A DNA stretch of 64,000 nt from the NCBI RefSeq assembly GCF_001194135.2, contig NC_068981.1:35469477-35533476 (forward strand). The letters run 5' to 3'. This stretch comes from Octopus bimaculoides (lineage: Eukaryota). Shown one piece after another: positions 24,301 to 37,927 of the stretch (positions within the stretch are counted from its first letter, which is position 1; the number at the start of each line of letters is the position of its first letter). A program made the translations under genes and the position numbers. The notes under the pieces are model-generated. The model made no database searches and was not told where the DNA came from. It saw only the letters and a program-made list of their open reading frames with translations.

Positions 24301-24695
24301 ATCTTTTATTGTTTGTGTATCTTTTTTTGTTGTTTTGGTGAGGTGAACTGACTCTTCTGTAGGACACAAGAGTTGAGATATAGACTCAAATCTGCTGTAG
24401 ATTGTTAAAGCCAGGACAACTGTTTGAGTAGTAATTGCTGTTATGACTCACTGTTTATATAATAACAATTTCTTATATCATTTTATTTTTTAAGTTGTAT
24501 TCTAGGAAATAAGAATGTCTTTGCTAAATTTACTTTAATTTATAGAAAGTTTCCTTTTTGTTTTTTAACTCATTTTTATTTGTCTCTCAGTTTCTTTCTT
24601 TCTTTCTACTTTTTAAAAAAATATTCCAGTCAGTTTTTGCTCACATATGTTACTTAAGTTTCGAATTTCAATTTTTTTCCTTCTTTTTCCTCTAG

Positions 24696-24971
24696 GAAAG
24701 TATGATGACTGGCCGGAAAAAAGTTGCCTTATTACCCACTTCCAGGTGTGATGGTGTATTGCAGCCACAGCAGCAGCATCATCATAATCATCACCATCAC
24801 CATCATCATCACCACCATCACCACCATCATCACCAGCAACAACTACAACAGCAGCTACCACAGCAGCACAAAAAAGTTGTCATGACTCGGAAGAACCTTG
24901 TTGCACCCAAACAGTCTTCTATGGATTCTTCCCTCCTTCGGCCAAAGAGGAATATTCAAGTAAAAAATTTG
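24696..24971 (+). CDS. Exon encoding a poly-His/poly-Gln low-complexity segment; protein not identified
   Basis: Strong acceptor ttttttccttctttttcctctag|, donor TTG|GTGAGC, 276 nt open in frame 0 (ESMMTGRKKVALLPTSRCDGVLQPQQQHHHN(H)nQQQLQQQLPQQHKKVVMTRKNLVAPKQSSMDSSLLRPKRNIQVKNL); may contain the start codon. Confidence 0.6.
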
Positions 24972-26289
24972 GTGAGCTTCATTTGTGAATAATTTTTCTA
25001 GACATTTAAACATTTAAAAACACACACTTTCTTGTTTGTCTGATTCTTAAAATTTTAATTTCTTACATAAGCATGACGCCTAAGGTTCTTTTTTCTTTTA
25101 ATGAAAGGGGATTAGGGAAATTAGGATACACATGGTTTCCTCCAAGAGCATTAGTGGTACAGTCCCAATTACAAATGGAAACCAGATTAAAGATTTAGCT
25201 TATCAAGAGTTTGTTACTATTCTACAGGTTTAATATTAGTTTCAAATTTTTCCCAGGAGAAGGAGTTAGTCGATTAAATCCTTCCCAGTACTCAACTGGT
25301 ACTTCTTTTATTGACCCCGAAAGGAGAAAGGCAAGGTTGAACTCAGAATATAAAAACAGTTGAAATGCTGCTGAGAATTTTGCTTGGCATGCTAATTATT
25401 CTGCCACCTCACTGCTTTCTACAAGTTTAATATTAAGAATATTAAATTTAATTTCTTAGAATAAGGTTCAGGTTGCTATTATTCCTTTGTAATTGTATTT
25501 TAATTCTGTAATCTAAACTGAATACTGTATGCCCTATTTTGATCCCAATTTCTTTGTGAGATGTTAATATAAGTGACTAATGAGTCATTTAGTGAAAGTG
25601 TTCAATGTTATAATAAATTATCTAAAGTTAGTTATAATTACAAGATATTTTATTTAGGTTATGAATTGGTAGATTTTGTATCTTGAAAAATTTCTCGAAA
25701 GTTATGACTCTTTGCTTAGTTAGGGAGCATGCATATGTGTGTGTTTGAGTGTGTGTATAGATTTCAGATTTTGGCACAATGCCGGCAATTTCAGGGGTAA
25801 GTTGATCAAACATCGACCCCAGTGCTCAACTTGTGATTATTTTGTTGACCCTGAAAGGATGAAAGACAAAGTCATCCTCAGTGAATTTGGACCCAGAATG
25901 TAAAGATGAACAAAATACTGCTAATCATTCTGCCAGCTTGCTGCCTTATATGGGCTACAGATTAGATGTGTGGTTGGTGCAAGGTCCTAGCCAGATAGAA
26001 GATGGTTGATAAGTTCATAAAAGCAGAGAGATAGACTAAGAGTAAGTCTGCTAGAACAGAAGTTAGTCATTGGTATACTTAAGTGATGGAGAAGCAGAAA
26101 GTAGAGATTTGCTCATGTCTTGCAACATTAGGATCAGAACCATGAGGTATTCTGTATTGTAAGATTGTGATAGAGAAAAATTGGGTTGAGAATAATAGCA
26201 GTCAGTGCATATGTCCTTGCCTTATCATTGATAAAAAGAAGAAAAATCTTATTATGAGAAGTTGCAATAGAGAGAGAGAGAGAGAGCAT

Positions 26290-26720
26290 TTCCCAAGTAA
26301 GCTCAACAGAAAGACTAGCTTATGGTTTGACAGCAGGGAAGGCAGGGAAGGATTGCTGGATGTAGTTACTGAGATACTGAAAATATTAAGCATGGAGAGA
26401 TATGTGCTGCTCATGCACATAGCCAGATGGTGTAGCAGTATCTTCATTGACTGTTACAAGGATAAAGGAGAGACTCTAGTTAGAGTAAGTTACAGAGGTA
26501 TCAAGTTGATGTCTAGGTTATGAAAGATATTGGAAGAGTCACAGCATAACTAATTAAGATGAGAATTAGTCTGGATAAAATGCAGTTTGGCTTGATGCTG
26601 GGAAGAGGCACTTCTAATATTCTCTTCCTCGTAAAACAGTCGGAGAAGTTTTTAATGAGGCATAGTATCTAGCACTCATTGACTTATAAGACTTTGTTCT
26701 TAATCTGATGGTCACTAATC
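26290..26720 (+). mobile_element. Old degenerate RTE RT fragment
   Basis: ORF text CYKDKGETLVRVSYRGIKLMS parallels YKGKGDALDRNNYRGIKLLD of the copy at 15776-16066. Confidence 0.7.
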
Positions 26721-26769
26721 TATAGTTAGGTATATGGCAATATAAACTAATGGAGGCTTCATGGAGGCA

Positions 26770-27135
26770 AAGTGGCTGAGTTCCTTTCGAGTGTTAGGCC
26801 TCACAGAGGCAATGACTCAGACCTTTGGCATTATGTTGCGCTTGAGAAGAAGACCCATCAAGCTGAGCAAAATTGCAGTTGTGGCAGATACTGGTGTCAT
26901 GCAAATTGGCACCCATGCTGGTGGCATGTAAACGCACCCCAGTGTCATGCAAATGGCACATAAAAGCACCCGTTACATTCTCTGAGTAGTTGGCATTAGG
27001 AAGGGCATCCAGTCATAGAAAACCATGCCAAATCAGACTGGAGTCTGGTGCAGCCTTCCAGCATGCCAACCCAGTCAAACCGTCCAACCCATGCCAGTAT
27101 GGATAACGGACATTAAATGATAATGTTGATGATGA
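26770..27135 (+). mobile_element. RTE 3'-tail element
   Basis: gttggcattaggaagggcatccag...ccaacccatgccagtatgga..ggacattaaatgat(gat)n. Confidence 0.8.
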
Positions 27136-28197
27136 TGTGTATGTTGGTGTATAGTGAAATGAAATAGATTTAGATTTCAGGCAAGGAAGCCCTACATAGG
27201 GAGTACTTGATGTTGGTTTCTTTTCAAAATTTCATATATCAAGAACCCTAGTGCTCCCGTGGGAGTTTACGTATGGGGAAAATTGTTGTTTAATCCCCTT
27301 ATATTTGTATACCTATAATCAAAAGCATTCTAGCTGTGACTAATCTTTTTGTATTTTTTTCAGGTATTGTGTATCTAGGCTTATATTAACCAATGGGTTT
27401 TTCCCTTTTGTATGGCATGCATATGGGCCACAGAAGGGGTGACAAAGTAATATGTATTTAGGTTTATGTGATGTTTGTATTTGTGGAGGAAAGGTGATTT
27501 GTTGGATCAGCCCTGGGTTATATTTTTTGTGTTTTTTTGGTGGAAAATGTTAAGTGTTTTATTGTGTGGATGGTTCGCAAGCTACATTTGTACACAAAAG
27601 GGAAAGGAGTCATCTTGCCTGTGATGTTAAAAAACAAAAACGCATAACATTGAAAAATTGATCTTCATGGCATTTAAACTCAGAAACAGAGGTACAAATT
27701 TAAATACTGTTTGGTATTTTGTCCAGTGCAGTGCATTTTTTTCCTGCAACCTCACTCTAAAAAACAGAATAATAGGCACCCTATATCTTGACTGACACAT
27801 AAATTACCTTATCAAACCAATTGCTGGCAGAAAATAAATAATAATAGTACTTGTCAGTAACTTTGTCAGTGAACCAGTTTATCCAACAGTAAACTGTGAT
27901 TCTTAACCCAGAAAATTGTTTAAGTAGAACTTTGATGCTGGCTGAAAAGAAAGCAAGTCATTTCTGTCTAGTCCTCCTTGGTCATATTTATCTTATTTAA
28001 TTTAGCTGAGGTTAACTATAGTTCACCAGACCAAAAATTCTCATGACCTAGTTACTTACATGTGAGACTAAGGTTTTTAAAAAAATGTTTTTCTTGACCT
28101 GAATAATAATGGCAACTGGTGTCCATGTCTTTATATTCTCTCTAACCATTATATATATAATATAATATAATATATGATGATGATGATGATATAAATA

Positions 28198-28260
<63 letters not shown>

Positions 28261-28991
28261 GAAGTTAAAAATGCAGTAAGAATAGTTAAAAAATGTTTTT
28301 TTAAATATATTTAAAGATTTAACCAGTTTCAATGTTATCAGTGTAAACTGTGAAACCAGTTAAATATAGGTAGATATCATACAATATTGATAGACTTAGA
28401 TGCTCCAACTGATTTCATCATATTGTTGAATCAAGTAGATGACATACTCATTGTATTAATCTGCAAGGTGGCTGAGTATTCCACTGATTCATGCCAATAG
28501 TGTAACACAACACACACACAAACGCACAAAAGCTTTCTGGTCCTTTATTTGAAATGGGTCTTTTCTTTGTATAATATCTATCCTCATTATTTTTTTTTTC
28601 CTGACTGTGTGCATTTGGTTTTTGTATGTTTCCTTTTCACTTTTAGATATTTTACCTCATGTCATTCTTCAGTTAATTATTTTCTCTAGATTTATTTATT
28701 ATTTGCCTTATTATGAACATAGGATGGATGGACTTGAGAATTTTAATGTTTAACTGCTTTAAAAGTTCAAGTAGTGGGGCATGTAGCTAACACATTTAAT
28801 GTAATGCATCAAATAATTTTAAAAAATTATATTGTGTCTGTCAAGATGAAAAAAGAATACACACTCACAGAGAGACATCATGCTGGTGCTACATAAAGAG
28901 CACCTGTGCTGGCGCCACATAAAAAACATGAGTGGGGTCTGGTGCAACCCTCGGGCTTGCCAGTGTCACAATATCAAGGTATGGAATAACA

Positions 28992-29039
<48 letters not shown>

Positions 29040-29929
29040 TGCAACGGGCTTCTTTATACAGTTTCTGTATACCAAACCCACTTAATTGATTACTTCTGGC
29101 AAAGGAAGGTAAGGGAAACAACTCTGAAATTTAAACTAATTAGAATTATATTGAATGAGGCCTTGGGGTTGATCATTAACTTTGGCAAGTGCAATGACAA
29201 TTCCAGACATGCTTCAATGTTATTAGACTTCCACAACAAAATGTAGTTTTACTATCCACTTAACTGTTTGTTGTGTAGTGATTCCTGGGTGCCCCCTCTC
29301 CACTCCTGGTCATTGTTTTAACTCTTTTTGTTACTATACTTCCACTTACATACATTGCCTTTATTTCTGTCAGTTTTGAAAATAATGAATTTACTAAAAG
29401 AGCTTGGTCATTATTAAGCTGGTGCTCAGAACAAACTAACGCAGGATTTTGATGGAAGATTCTAATTTAGAGCACTTTAAATTAGGAAATTTGTATCGCA
29501 GAACCAGGGTGGTCACAGGTAAATTAGTATTAAAAGAGTTAAAGGTGCTTGCTTGAGTAACTGAAGTGTTAGTGTTATTCCACAGTAACTTCATCGTCAT
29601 CATTGTCATCATTTAACATCTGTTGTCTATGCTGGCATGGGTTGGACAGTTTGACCAGAACTGGCATGGCTGCTACAGCTGGATGCCCTTCCTAACATCA
29701 ACTACTGTACAGAGTTTGCTGGATGCTTTTATGTGGTACCACATAGGTGGTTTTACATGACACTGCATGAGTGCTTTTACATGTTGCTGCATAGGCACTT
29801 TTATGTGTTGCTACACAGGCTTTTACACATTGCTGCATGGGCTCTTTTATGTGTTGTCACATGAGTGCTTTTATGTGTCGCTGCACAGTAATCTAGTGAC
29901 ATAGTAGTCAACTACACTTTCATCCTAAC

Positions 29930-30250
29930 TCATCATCATCATCGTTTAACGTCCGCTTTCCATGCTACATGGGTTGGACGATTTGACTGAGGACTGGCGA
30001 ATCAGCTGGTTGCACCAGGCTCCAATCTGATCTGGCAGAGTTTCTACAGTTGGATGTCCTTCCTAACGCCAACCACTCTGAGAGTGTAGTGGGTGCTTTT
30101 TACGTGTCACCAGCACGAGGGCCAGTCAGGCGGTACTGGCAGCAGCCATGCTCAAATGGTGTTTTTTTTTTACGTGCCACCTGCATAGGAGCCAGTCAAG
30201 CGGCACTGGCAACAACCTCACTCGAATGTTTTTTCGTGCCACCAGCACAA
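29930..30250 (-). mobile_element. RTE 3'-tail element
   Basis: (CAT)n cgtttaacgtccgctttccatgct...gagagtgtagtgggtgc; close to the copy at 18205. Confidence 0.85.
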
Positions 30251-30449
30251 GTGCTGTTGATAAATTAAGTACTAGGTATGCATCAGTTTGGTTATCTGTG
30301 CCACTGTAAGAAATCAATATATTTATTATATAGCTGTTTACCTGAGATGGTTGGACTCTGCATGTTTATGATGTTCATGTTGCAGTAAAACAGACAAATA
30401 TGCATATATGCACACACACATGCACATATGAAATAATAGAGGTCCTTTG

Positions 30450-30600
30450 CAGGACCGGCCCTAGGGTTGCTGGCACTCCAAGCTAGATGAACTTTGGCAT
30501 CTACAAGCTGATGGTCGTGGAAATTTCCTTCTCTTTGTCACACATCCTCCATGGCACCCTGAGCAACTGCCTGAGTTTCCAGTTCCTTGAGCCAGCCCTG
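30450..30600. mobile_element. Small hAT-type MITE
   Basis: Termini CAGGACCGGC / GCCAGCCCTG; 8-bp flanks gtcctttg / gttatttg match at 6 of 8. Confidence 0.6.
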
Positions 30601-31949
30601 GTTATTTGCTCAGGAACCCATTTTTGGTTTTGCTGTTGCATCTAATATTGTTTCAGGTTTTGGTCAAAAGTGAATAGTATGGAGGAAAAGGGGGTTAGTT
30701 GATACTACTAACCTTAGTATTGAACTGATACTTTATTTTATTGACTCTGAAAGGATGTGATGCAAAATTGAGCTTGGTAGGATTTGAACTCAGAATGTAA
30801 ACAATGCTGCAAAGCATTTTATCCTATGCCTTAACAATTCTGCCAGTACATTGCTTTAAAAGTTTTGAATTTTGGCGCATGGCCAGGAATTTTAGTGTAG
30901 GAGTAGGTTGATTATATCGACCCCTAGTGCTGAACTGGTACTTATTTTATTGCCCCTGAAAGGATGAAAGGCAAAGTTGACCATAGCGGAATTTGACCAT
31001 AAAGAGTTGGGGAGAAATGCCTCCAAACATTCTGTCCAGCACACTAATGATTTTGTCAGCTTTGCCTTGGCAGTAATATTAATCATAATATTTACCAGAG
31101 GAATTAAATGATTAGGAGAGTCAATACTAAAGTGGTGGTGGCATTGGCTATGCTGCTACTGTTGTTGTCATTGTGTGTGTGTGTTTGCCCTTGTTCTAAT
31201 TACATAATTCATCGTTCTGGGTCAAAACCAGGACTGATTTTTACCTTTCATCCTCTGGGTAGGAGTAGTAGGTAGGTAGGTAAAATGAACAATAAAAGAA
31301 CTAACTAGTGCCCATAACAAATCAATGTGGGAGCGATTATATTTACTACATTTGTTTTCCTAAAAATAATGCTTTTGTGTTTATGCAGTGTGGGGAAGAG
31401 AGGGGTATATTCAGATATCGGAAATAAGGATTTCTGTGATAAACTCACTGCAAACTAAACCCATTGTTTAGTTTTCATGACTAGTTCCTTTCTTTTCATT
31501 CAGACCACTTAATTTTTTTCCCTCTCCTTCCTTTACTCATCTAAATTTTATATGATTGTGTGACATTCATACCGTTTACATGCATGTAAAAAGTATTGGT
31601 ATGAGTGTCACACAGTCTTAATATTTCCTTTCATTCCTACAAACTGAAATGTTGCGAAATTGTAAATTAGATATTTATCGCATGTGATTCCAATACTAAG
31701 TAAATAGAGGCAGGAGGTATGGCTGTGTATTTAAGAAGCTTGCTTTGTAACCACTTGGATTCTACTTCAGTCCCACTGTGGCACTTTGGGTAAGTGTCTT
31801 CTAGTATAACTCTGGGCCAGCCAATGCCATATGAGTGAATTTGGTAGATGGAAACTGTGTAAAAACCTGTATGTGTGTGTGTGTGTGTGTGTGTCTTTGT
31901 CACCCCCACCTGCTTGTCAACTGGTGTTGATTTTTTTCTTTATTCTTTT

Positions 31950-32320
31950 ATTCTTTTACATGTTTCAGTCATTTGACTGTGGCCATGCTCGAACATCGCC
32001 TCAAAGAGTTTTAGTCAAATAAATCAACCCCAGGACTTATTCTTTGTAAGTCTAGTACTTATTCTATCAGTCTCTTTTGCCAAACTGCTAAGTTACAGGG
32101 ATATAAACACACCAACATTGGTTGTGAAACAATGATGAGAGACAAATACACAAAGACACACACACACACACAATGGGCTTCTTTCAGTTTATGTCTACCA
32201 AATCCACTCTCAAAGCTTTGGTTGGCCCAAAGTTGTAGTAAAAGACACTTGCCCTAGGTGCCACACAGTGGGACTGAACTTCAAACCATGTGGTTGGAAA
32301 CAAGCTTCTTACCACACAGC
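31950..32320 (-). mobile_element. Main-family SINE
   Basis: Colinear with 2357-2720. Confidence 0.8.
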
Positions 32321-33089
32321 TAAAATATTTACATTTTTACAATTTAGCAAAAGAGATTGATGGAACAAGTACCAGGTTTTAAACAAAAACAGAAGCACTA
32401 GGTCAGTTTGTTTAATCCTTTAAAAGCAGTTCTCCAGTATGACCACAGTCCAATAATTGAAACAAATAAAAGATAAATACATTGAATTTTCATGATCAAT
32501 GCCTCTATCAATGTAAGATCAGTTATATTAACATTAATGGATTTTTTTTTACCAACTTAGAGGAGGAAGGGGCAGTGCCTATGTAATTCTCTGAGCCTCT
32601 GAGACTGGTATGAAGAAAAGACAAAAGTTATTCTCAGTGGCTTCTGCTAAAAATACCTAAAAGAGAAGTGGTGGTGTGGAGCCAGGCAGTATGTTAAGTC
32701 TACCACCTAAGAGCAGAAGTTTTCTCTCTGACAAGCTTCCACTTATTCTTGTTGTCATCGTCATCGTCATCATTTAACATCCATTTTCTACACTGGCCAG
32801 AGAATTACATCAAACTTCAAAGTCGGCTCTGACATGGTTTTGGTGGCTGGATGCTCTTCCTAATGCCTACCATTTTACAGTGTGTACTGAGTGTTTTTTT
32901 ATATAGCACCAGCACTAGTGAGGTCACCAAGTGATGCGCATTGAACTGAGGGAGTAGTAGTATTAATAGAGATGGCTTTGTGCAAGGTGATGAGAGGCTA
33001 AATTATGATAGAGGGACATATATGGTTACTCCATTTGGAAAAGAAAAGAGATTGTGGTGAAGACAGGTTGACCTGTGGTTAAAATAAAA

Positions 33090-33830
33090 GGCATTTATTG
33101 CTCAAGGTTCTGCTCTGTACAATTAAAGCATCTCTTATCTGACAACTGACTTGGTAGACACCCACAAGATTATACACCATCTTTCCTACAACAACTTTGG
33201 GCACCTTTTTGAATTTCATATGTCTCACACTTGTGCACATCTCTAAGATTGTCAAGAAGGCTGAGAGTGTCTTAGCATCACCCAGTAAGACCTTTGTCAT
33301 CCACTCTCCAGCTATTTATTTAAAGCTGTATACGACTATGGTATTTCCACACTCTCTGAGTTTGCATCATCAGCCTGGAACCCCTATCTTGGTCGGCATG
33401 TCAATCTACTGGAAACTTTTCAGAAACATGCAACCAGACAAATATCCACAAGGTAGCATCTACCTTACTCTAAACATTTTGCTTACCTGGGCAGGGATAC
33501 ATTAAAGCTCTGTTGTCTGGCAACTGACTTGGTAGACATCCGCAAGATTATCCACCATCCTTCCAACAACAACCTAGGGTACCTTTTTGAATTACAAACT
33601 CAAAAAGCAACACAGCACTCATGGCTTTCGGAAACAGTTTATCATAAACTATCTGCATCAGTTGTTCACTGTTGGAACACTAGATCCTTCAAAACTTCCA
33701 TGCTTCCTGAAATTCGTCAACAGTACACCTGATGTGCCCCACTTTTTTTTAAAAATGATTCGTTTATTGTTCACTTCCTGTGCATATTCTATGTACAGTT
33801 TATACACTTTTGGCTACTTTTTCTGGTGAG
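33090..33830 (+). mobile_element. CR1/L2-group LINE 3' fragment with a ~100-bp internal duplication
   Basis: Frames give IYLKLYTTMVFPH..WNPYLGRHVNLLETFQKHATR..HLPYSK..ATDLVDIRKII, like CR1 LYKxLVRPHLEY..WNPY..LEKVQRRAT; caactgacttggtagaca occurs twice (~33136 and ~33521). Confidence 0.75.
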
Positions 33831-34646
33831 TTGTAGTGCATCTGAACACTGTATACAATAAATTCATTACTATTAAGCTTGAAATCACATAACTGGGAGG
33901 GGCGAGAGGGACGTTGTGATGTTTATTTTTTTACAAGAGGCATTAATGGCCAGTCAAATAAAATAGTCACCTCTAATTATCAAACCTGGGTCCAGTAATG
34001 GAAATAGGTTTAGGGACTAGGAGTATGTTTAAAATCTGTGAGGCTGAGGTTGGGAAGGTTAGCTGCTATAAGCCCCGACCCACCACTCCTTAAAAGTAGA
34101 AGTAAAATAGCTTAAGAATAAGGAGATGTCATGCCTCTGTGTACCCTTTGCCTGTTTTCATTGTTCTCTTAACCAAACACCTTTAGTTTGGCAGAAGCTT
34201 ACAACCTATGTTACTGTGATCACTACTCACTAAGACAAAGAAATATATTGAAATAATTTGTTCTAATGAGGTAATTATGTGGTCATTCTATCTGCTAGAA
34301 ATAGCAGCCAAATCTTCCTCAAATCATATCTTACCATCTTAAAAAATATGGACAATGTAGTTCTGGATGACAAGACAGTTTACTTCTGGTTAAATAAGAC
34401 AACCACTACCACCACCACCAACAACAACAGCAGTTTGTTTCAGTGGGATTACTGACTAACTGATGAGTGTTTTGTTATGTAGCAGTGTTAAATGCAAATC
34501 CTCTCTATTTCTATATTTGTCTGTCCCACTAACCTAAAAGACAGAAAAGGATAATTTCATTGAAAGTTATGTCTGTCTGTCAGGTATTCATCAGTTATGT
34601 ATATGAACCATTGTCATATAGTGCCAAATCTTTTATTAGATCTTAG

Positions 34647-34692
<46 letters not shown>

Positions 34693-35011
34693 GCTCTCTC
34701 TCTCTCTCTGTATATATATATATCTATTTATAGATCCAGTGTTATACAATATAGAACAAGCCTTGTGAAGCTGATGAATTTTCTGATATAAAGAGTTTTG
34801 CATTGCTTCATAGTGTGGTGGTCTATACAATGTGTCTGTTGTGTTTGTCTCCAAATCAGCTCCAATGAAGTAGACTAATGATCAAGATCATTCCTTCTAT
34901 CAGTAGCTCATCATTTTGCATACGTAGGACAAAATTTCCCATTGTATCTTTCCTTCTTGTTTGACTGTTGATATATGAGATTTAGTTGCTATTTCTAGCA
35001 ATCATGAAGAG

Positions 35012-35322
35012 CAGTGGTTCCCAAAGTGAGCAGTATTGCTGCCCTGGGAGTGGTGGAAAGTTCCAAGGGGATATTGAAGAAAGGTGGGGGCAATAATGGG
35101 GTAGCGATTCATGTAAAATGTGGGGTGATAATTGGGTAGCGATTCATGTAAAAACAACAAAATAATGGGTTCGTCAGGTTAAGTTTTATTTGTGAAATAC
35201 AGTTGCTTTGAATTTGCTTCAGAAAGAGGTCTATGTTTGTGATGGTTAGTTGGGGTGGGGGTGCTAGGAACATAGTCAGGGTATCAAGGGGGTGGCAGCC
35301 TGAAAAAGTTTGTGAACCACTG
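35012..35322. mobile_element. Complete hAT (Charlie-like) MITE
   Basis: TIRs CAGTGGTTCCCAAA / TTTGTGAACCACTG; 8-bp flanks atgaagag / atgtaggg match at 6 of 8. Confidence 0.85.
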
Positions 35323-35854
35323 ATGTAGGGGATACCTCAAGATTGGGAAGCTGTATGAGATTTGATATTAAGTGGATAATTTATTGGATTATAAGTTCAT
35401 GGATCTTGGGTTCAGGTCCACCGCAAATATTTCCTTGTAACTTAGGCCATGACAAGACGATATATACTTCAGTTCTCTGTCTTTGTGGGGAACGGATATT
35501 AAATGTTCTAGAAATGTCATAGACTGGTATCATATCTTGGAAGGAAGGTGGTGGTGATGGTGGGGAATTAAACAATGGTTTTGGACCATTGTGATTAGAA
35601 AAAACTAGTTGGAGTAGGCATTTGGACCAGGCTTCTGCTGGCAGATCTGGTCTAAATGCTTGCAACTAAGAGTGGATTCTGTTAAAGGCATCCATAGCCA
35701 GGTGACCATCACCATTAGTTGAGGCAGTGTTTTATGCCAGTGAGAAAAGCAATTTGATGTACAAAAATGTAGTACTATGTTTGCTGAACTATATTTATCA
35801 CACTCTAAATGTTGACAGAAATATCGTTAAATGTCTGAATGAATACATACATAT

Positions 35855-36090
35855 TTAGTTTAGTAACATCTTTAGAGAATGATTTACACAGATATCACAG
35901 TGATATAGTTTCTCTCTTGTATAAATATGTTTGTGTTTTGTTATTTGAGAAAATGATTTACATAGATAATACTGAATACATTTGAGTGTAAGTTAAATTT
36001 CACAGGGTATCCTTTACCACAGATATCACAGTAATGTAGTTTCTCTCTTGCATGAATAGGTTTGTGTACAGTTAGCATATTTCTGTAAGA
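35855..36090 (-). pseudogene. Degenerate C2H2 zinc-finger array fragment (two finger/linker units)
   Basis: Minus frames read HKPIHAREKLHYCDICGK and HKHIYTREKLYHCDICVN, decayed HKRIHTGEKPYHCDICGK-type repeats; no intact ORF. Confidence 0.7.
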
Positions 36091-37081
36091 TATACATGTT
36101 TTTTCTGATACCAACCTTCTTAGTTGACTCTTACAACATGGGATATCTCTTCTTACAAACCAGGATACATATAGTGTGCTTTGTGTGAACAATTGTATTA
36201 AATTTATGTTGTATTGTATTGTGTGTGTGTGTGTTGGTTGATATAATAGCCATGAGCTCAACATACTGAGCAATTTATCAACAATATTATCATAAATTCA
36301 AATCTTACCACACCCATTGTATAGTCTCAGAGCAAGGGAGAAAACTCTGCGTTGCTGTAGGCATACCAAGGTCATTGGCACTGTCTCTCTGACTAATTAT
36401 TAATTAACTGGCTTCTATTTAATGGTTGAGTAGTTATCAAACAGATGGGCATCCACCTGTAAAGACAATTCATCACAATGGTCAAATACATGCTGGCTTT
36501 CATTCCATTGTGTTGCTGTATTTTGAATACCTCATTTAACATTGCAGCAGTTCAGTTAGTAGTAGTTACTGGAAATAAATAGCCAGATCACCTTGGAATG
36601 AACAGCCATAGCCCTGTGTTGACCATTTATATTGGTTCACAAGGTCATTGGATACTGCATTGCACAAGACTTTATTGGAAAGAAAATTTTCTTTCCTATC
36701 AACATTAAGCCATCGACATTAAGATGATGATGATGATGATGATTGTGATTTATTACAGTTCATTATTTTGCAGTCTGTAGTGTTAGATATTAGCTATTAA
36801 ATTATGTAATTTCTAAAGAAAGTCATGTTATTCAGAACATTTGTGTGTGCGTGTGCATTTGTATGCATGTACACTTCCTTTTTCTTTCTCTGTCTTATAC
36901 ACACACACACACACACACACTCATTCAAGTTTAAAGCCAAAATCTTAAAAGTAATGAGAAAAAGATTTATTTTTTTTGCGAAAGAAATTCTAGGAACAAA
37001 AAATAAATAAAAATGTTTTGATAACTTTTTACATTATCAGGATATTTAAAAATTGATATGTGATAAAATAATATATATGTC

Positions 37082-37116
<35 letters not shown>

Positions 37117-37889
37117 GTTGAGTGAAAATTTATAAAGAATTTTTATGATTTCCCTCTACCACCAGTTACAAAAACAAAAACAACTCAAAACATTTTTGAA
37201 TAAACTGCTTTGTACAGCTGGGAAAAAATAATTGGTTAACTGTTAATATCTAAGCCTTATAGACGATGATTTGAACAAAAGACAATAAGGGTTTGTAACT
37301 GAGTTCTAATTCATCATTTGTATTGTTAATGTTCTCATAGAATGTATGAAAGTCACAACATCCCCTGTTTTTCTTTTTCTGTATATATCCCTTCATTTTA
37401 TTTTAGAGGGAACATGTGACAGGTGTAGACTCAGTAAGATATGCGAAGCTAAGTAAAAGCATGGTTGTTTTGGAATACAGCCTCATCCCCTGCAACACTC
37501 TCCAGCAGAACATCCCTAATCTTGTGGGCTTGTATGTGTTGGGGCCATGTCAAAAGCACTTGTGTTGGCGCTGTGTAAAAGTACCCAACACACTCTGTAA
37601 AGTGGTTGGCGTTAGGAAGGGCATCCAGTTGTAGGAACCATGCCAAAACAGACAGGGAGCCTGAACAGACCTTCACCTGGTCAGCTCTCGTCAAACCCAT
37701 GCCAGCATGGAAAACGGACGTTAAATGATGATAATGATGATGATGATATGTTGGTTGGGTGGTTAAGAAGTTTGCATCACAACCATGTGGTTTCAGGTTC
37801 AACCCCACTTAATGGCACATGGTCAAATATATTTTACTATAGCCCTAGGCTGACCAATAGAGCCTTTTCAGGGAATTTGGTTGATGGAA

Positions 37890-37927
<38 letters not shown>

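Noticed and set aside
34459-34470. Other CTGATGA motifs (34459, 34771, 43798, 22404)
   Set aside because: No GAAA or UH strands with in-register stems nearby.
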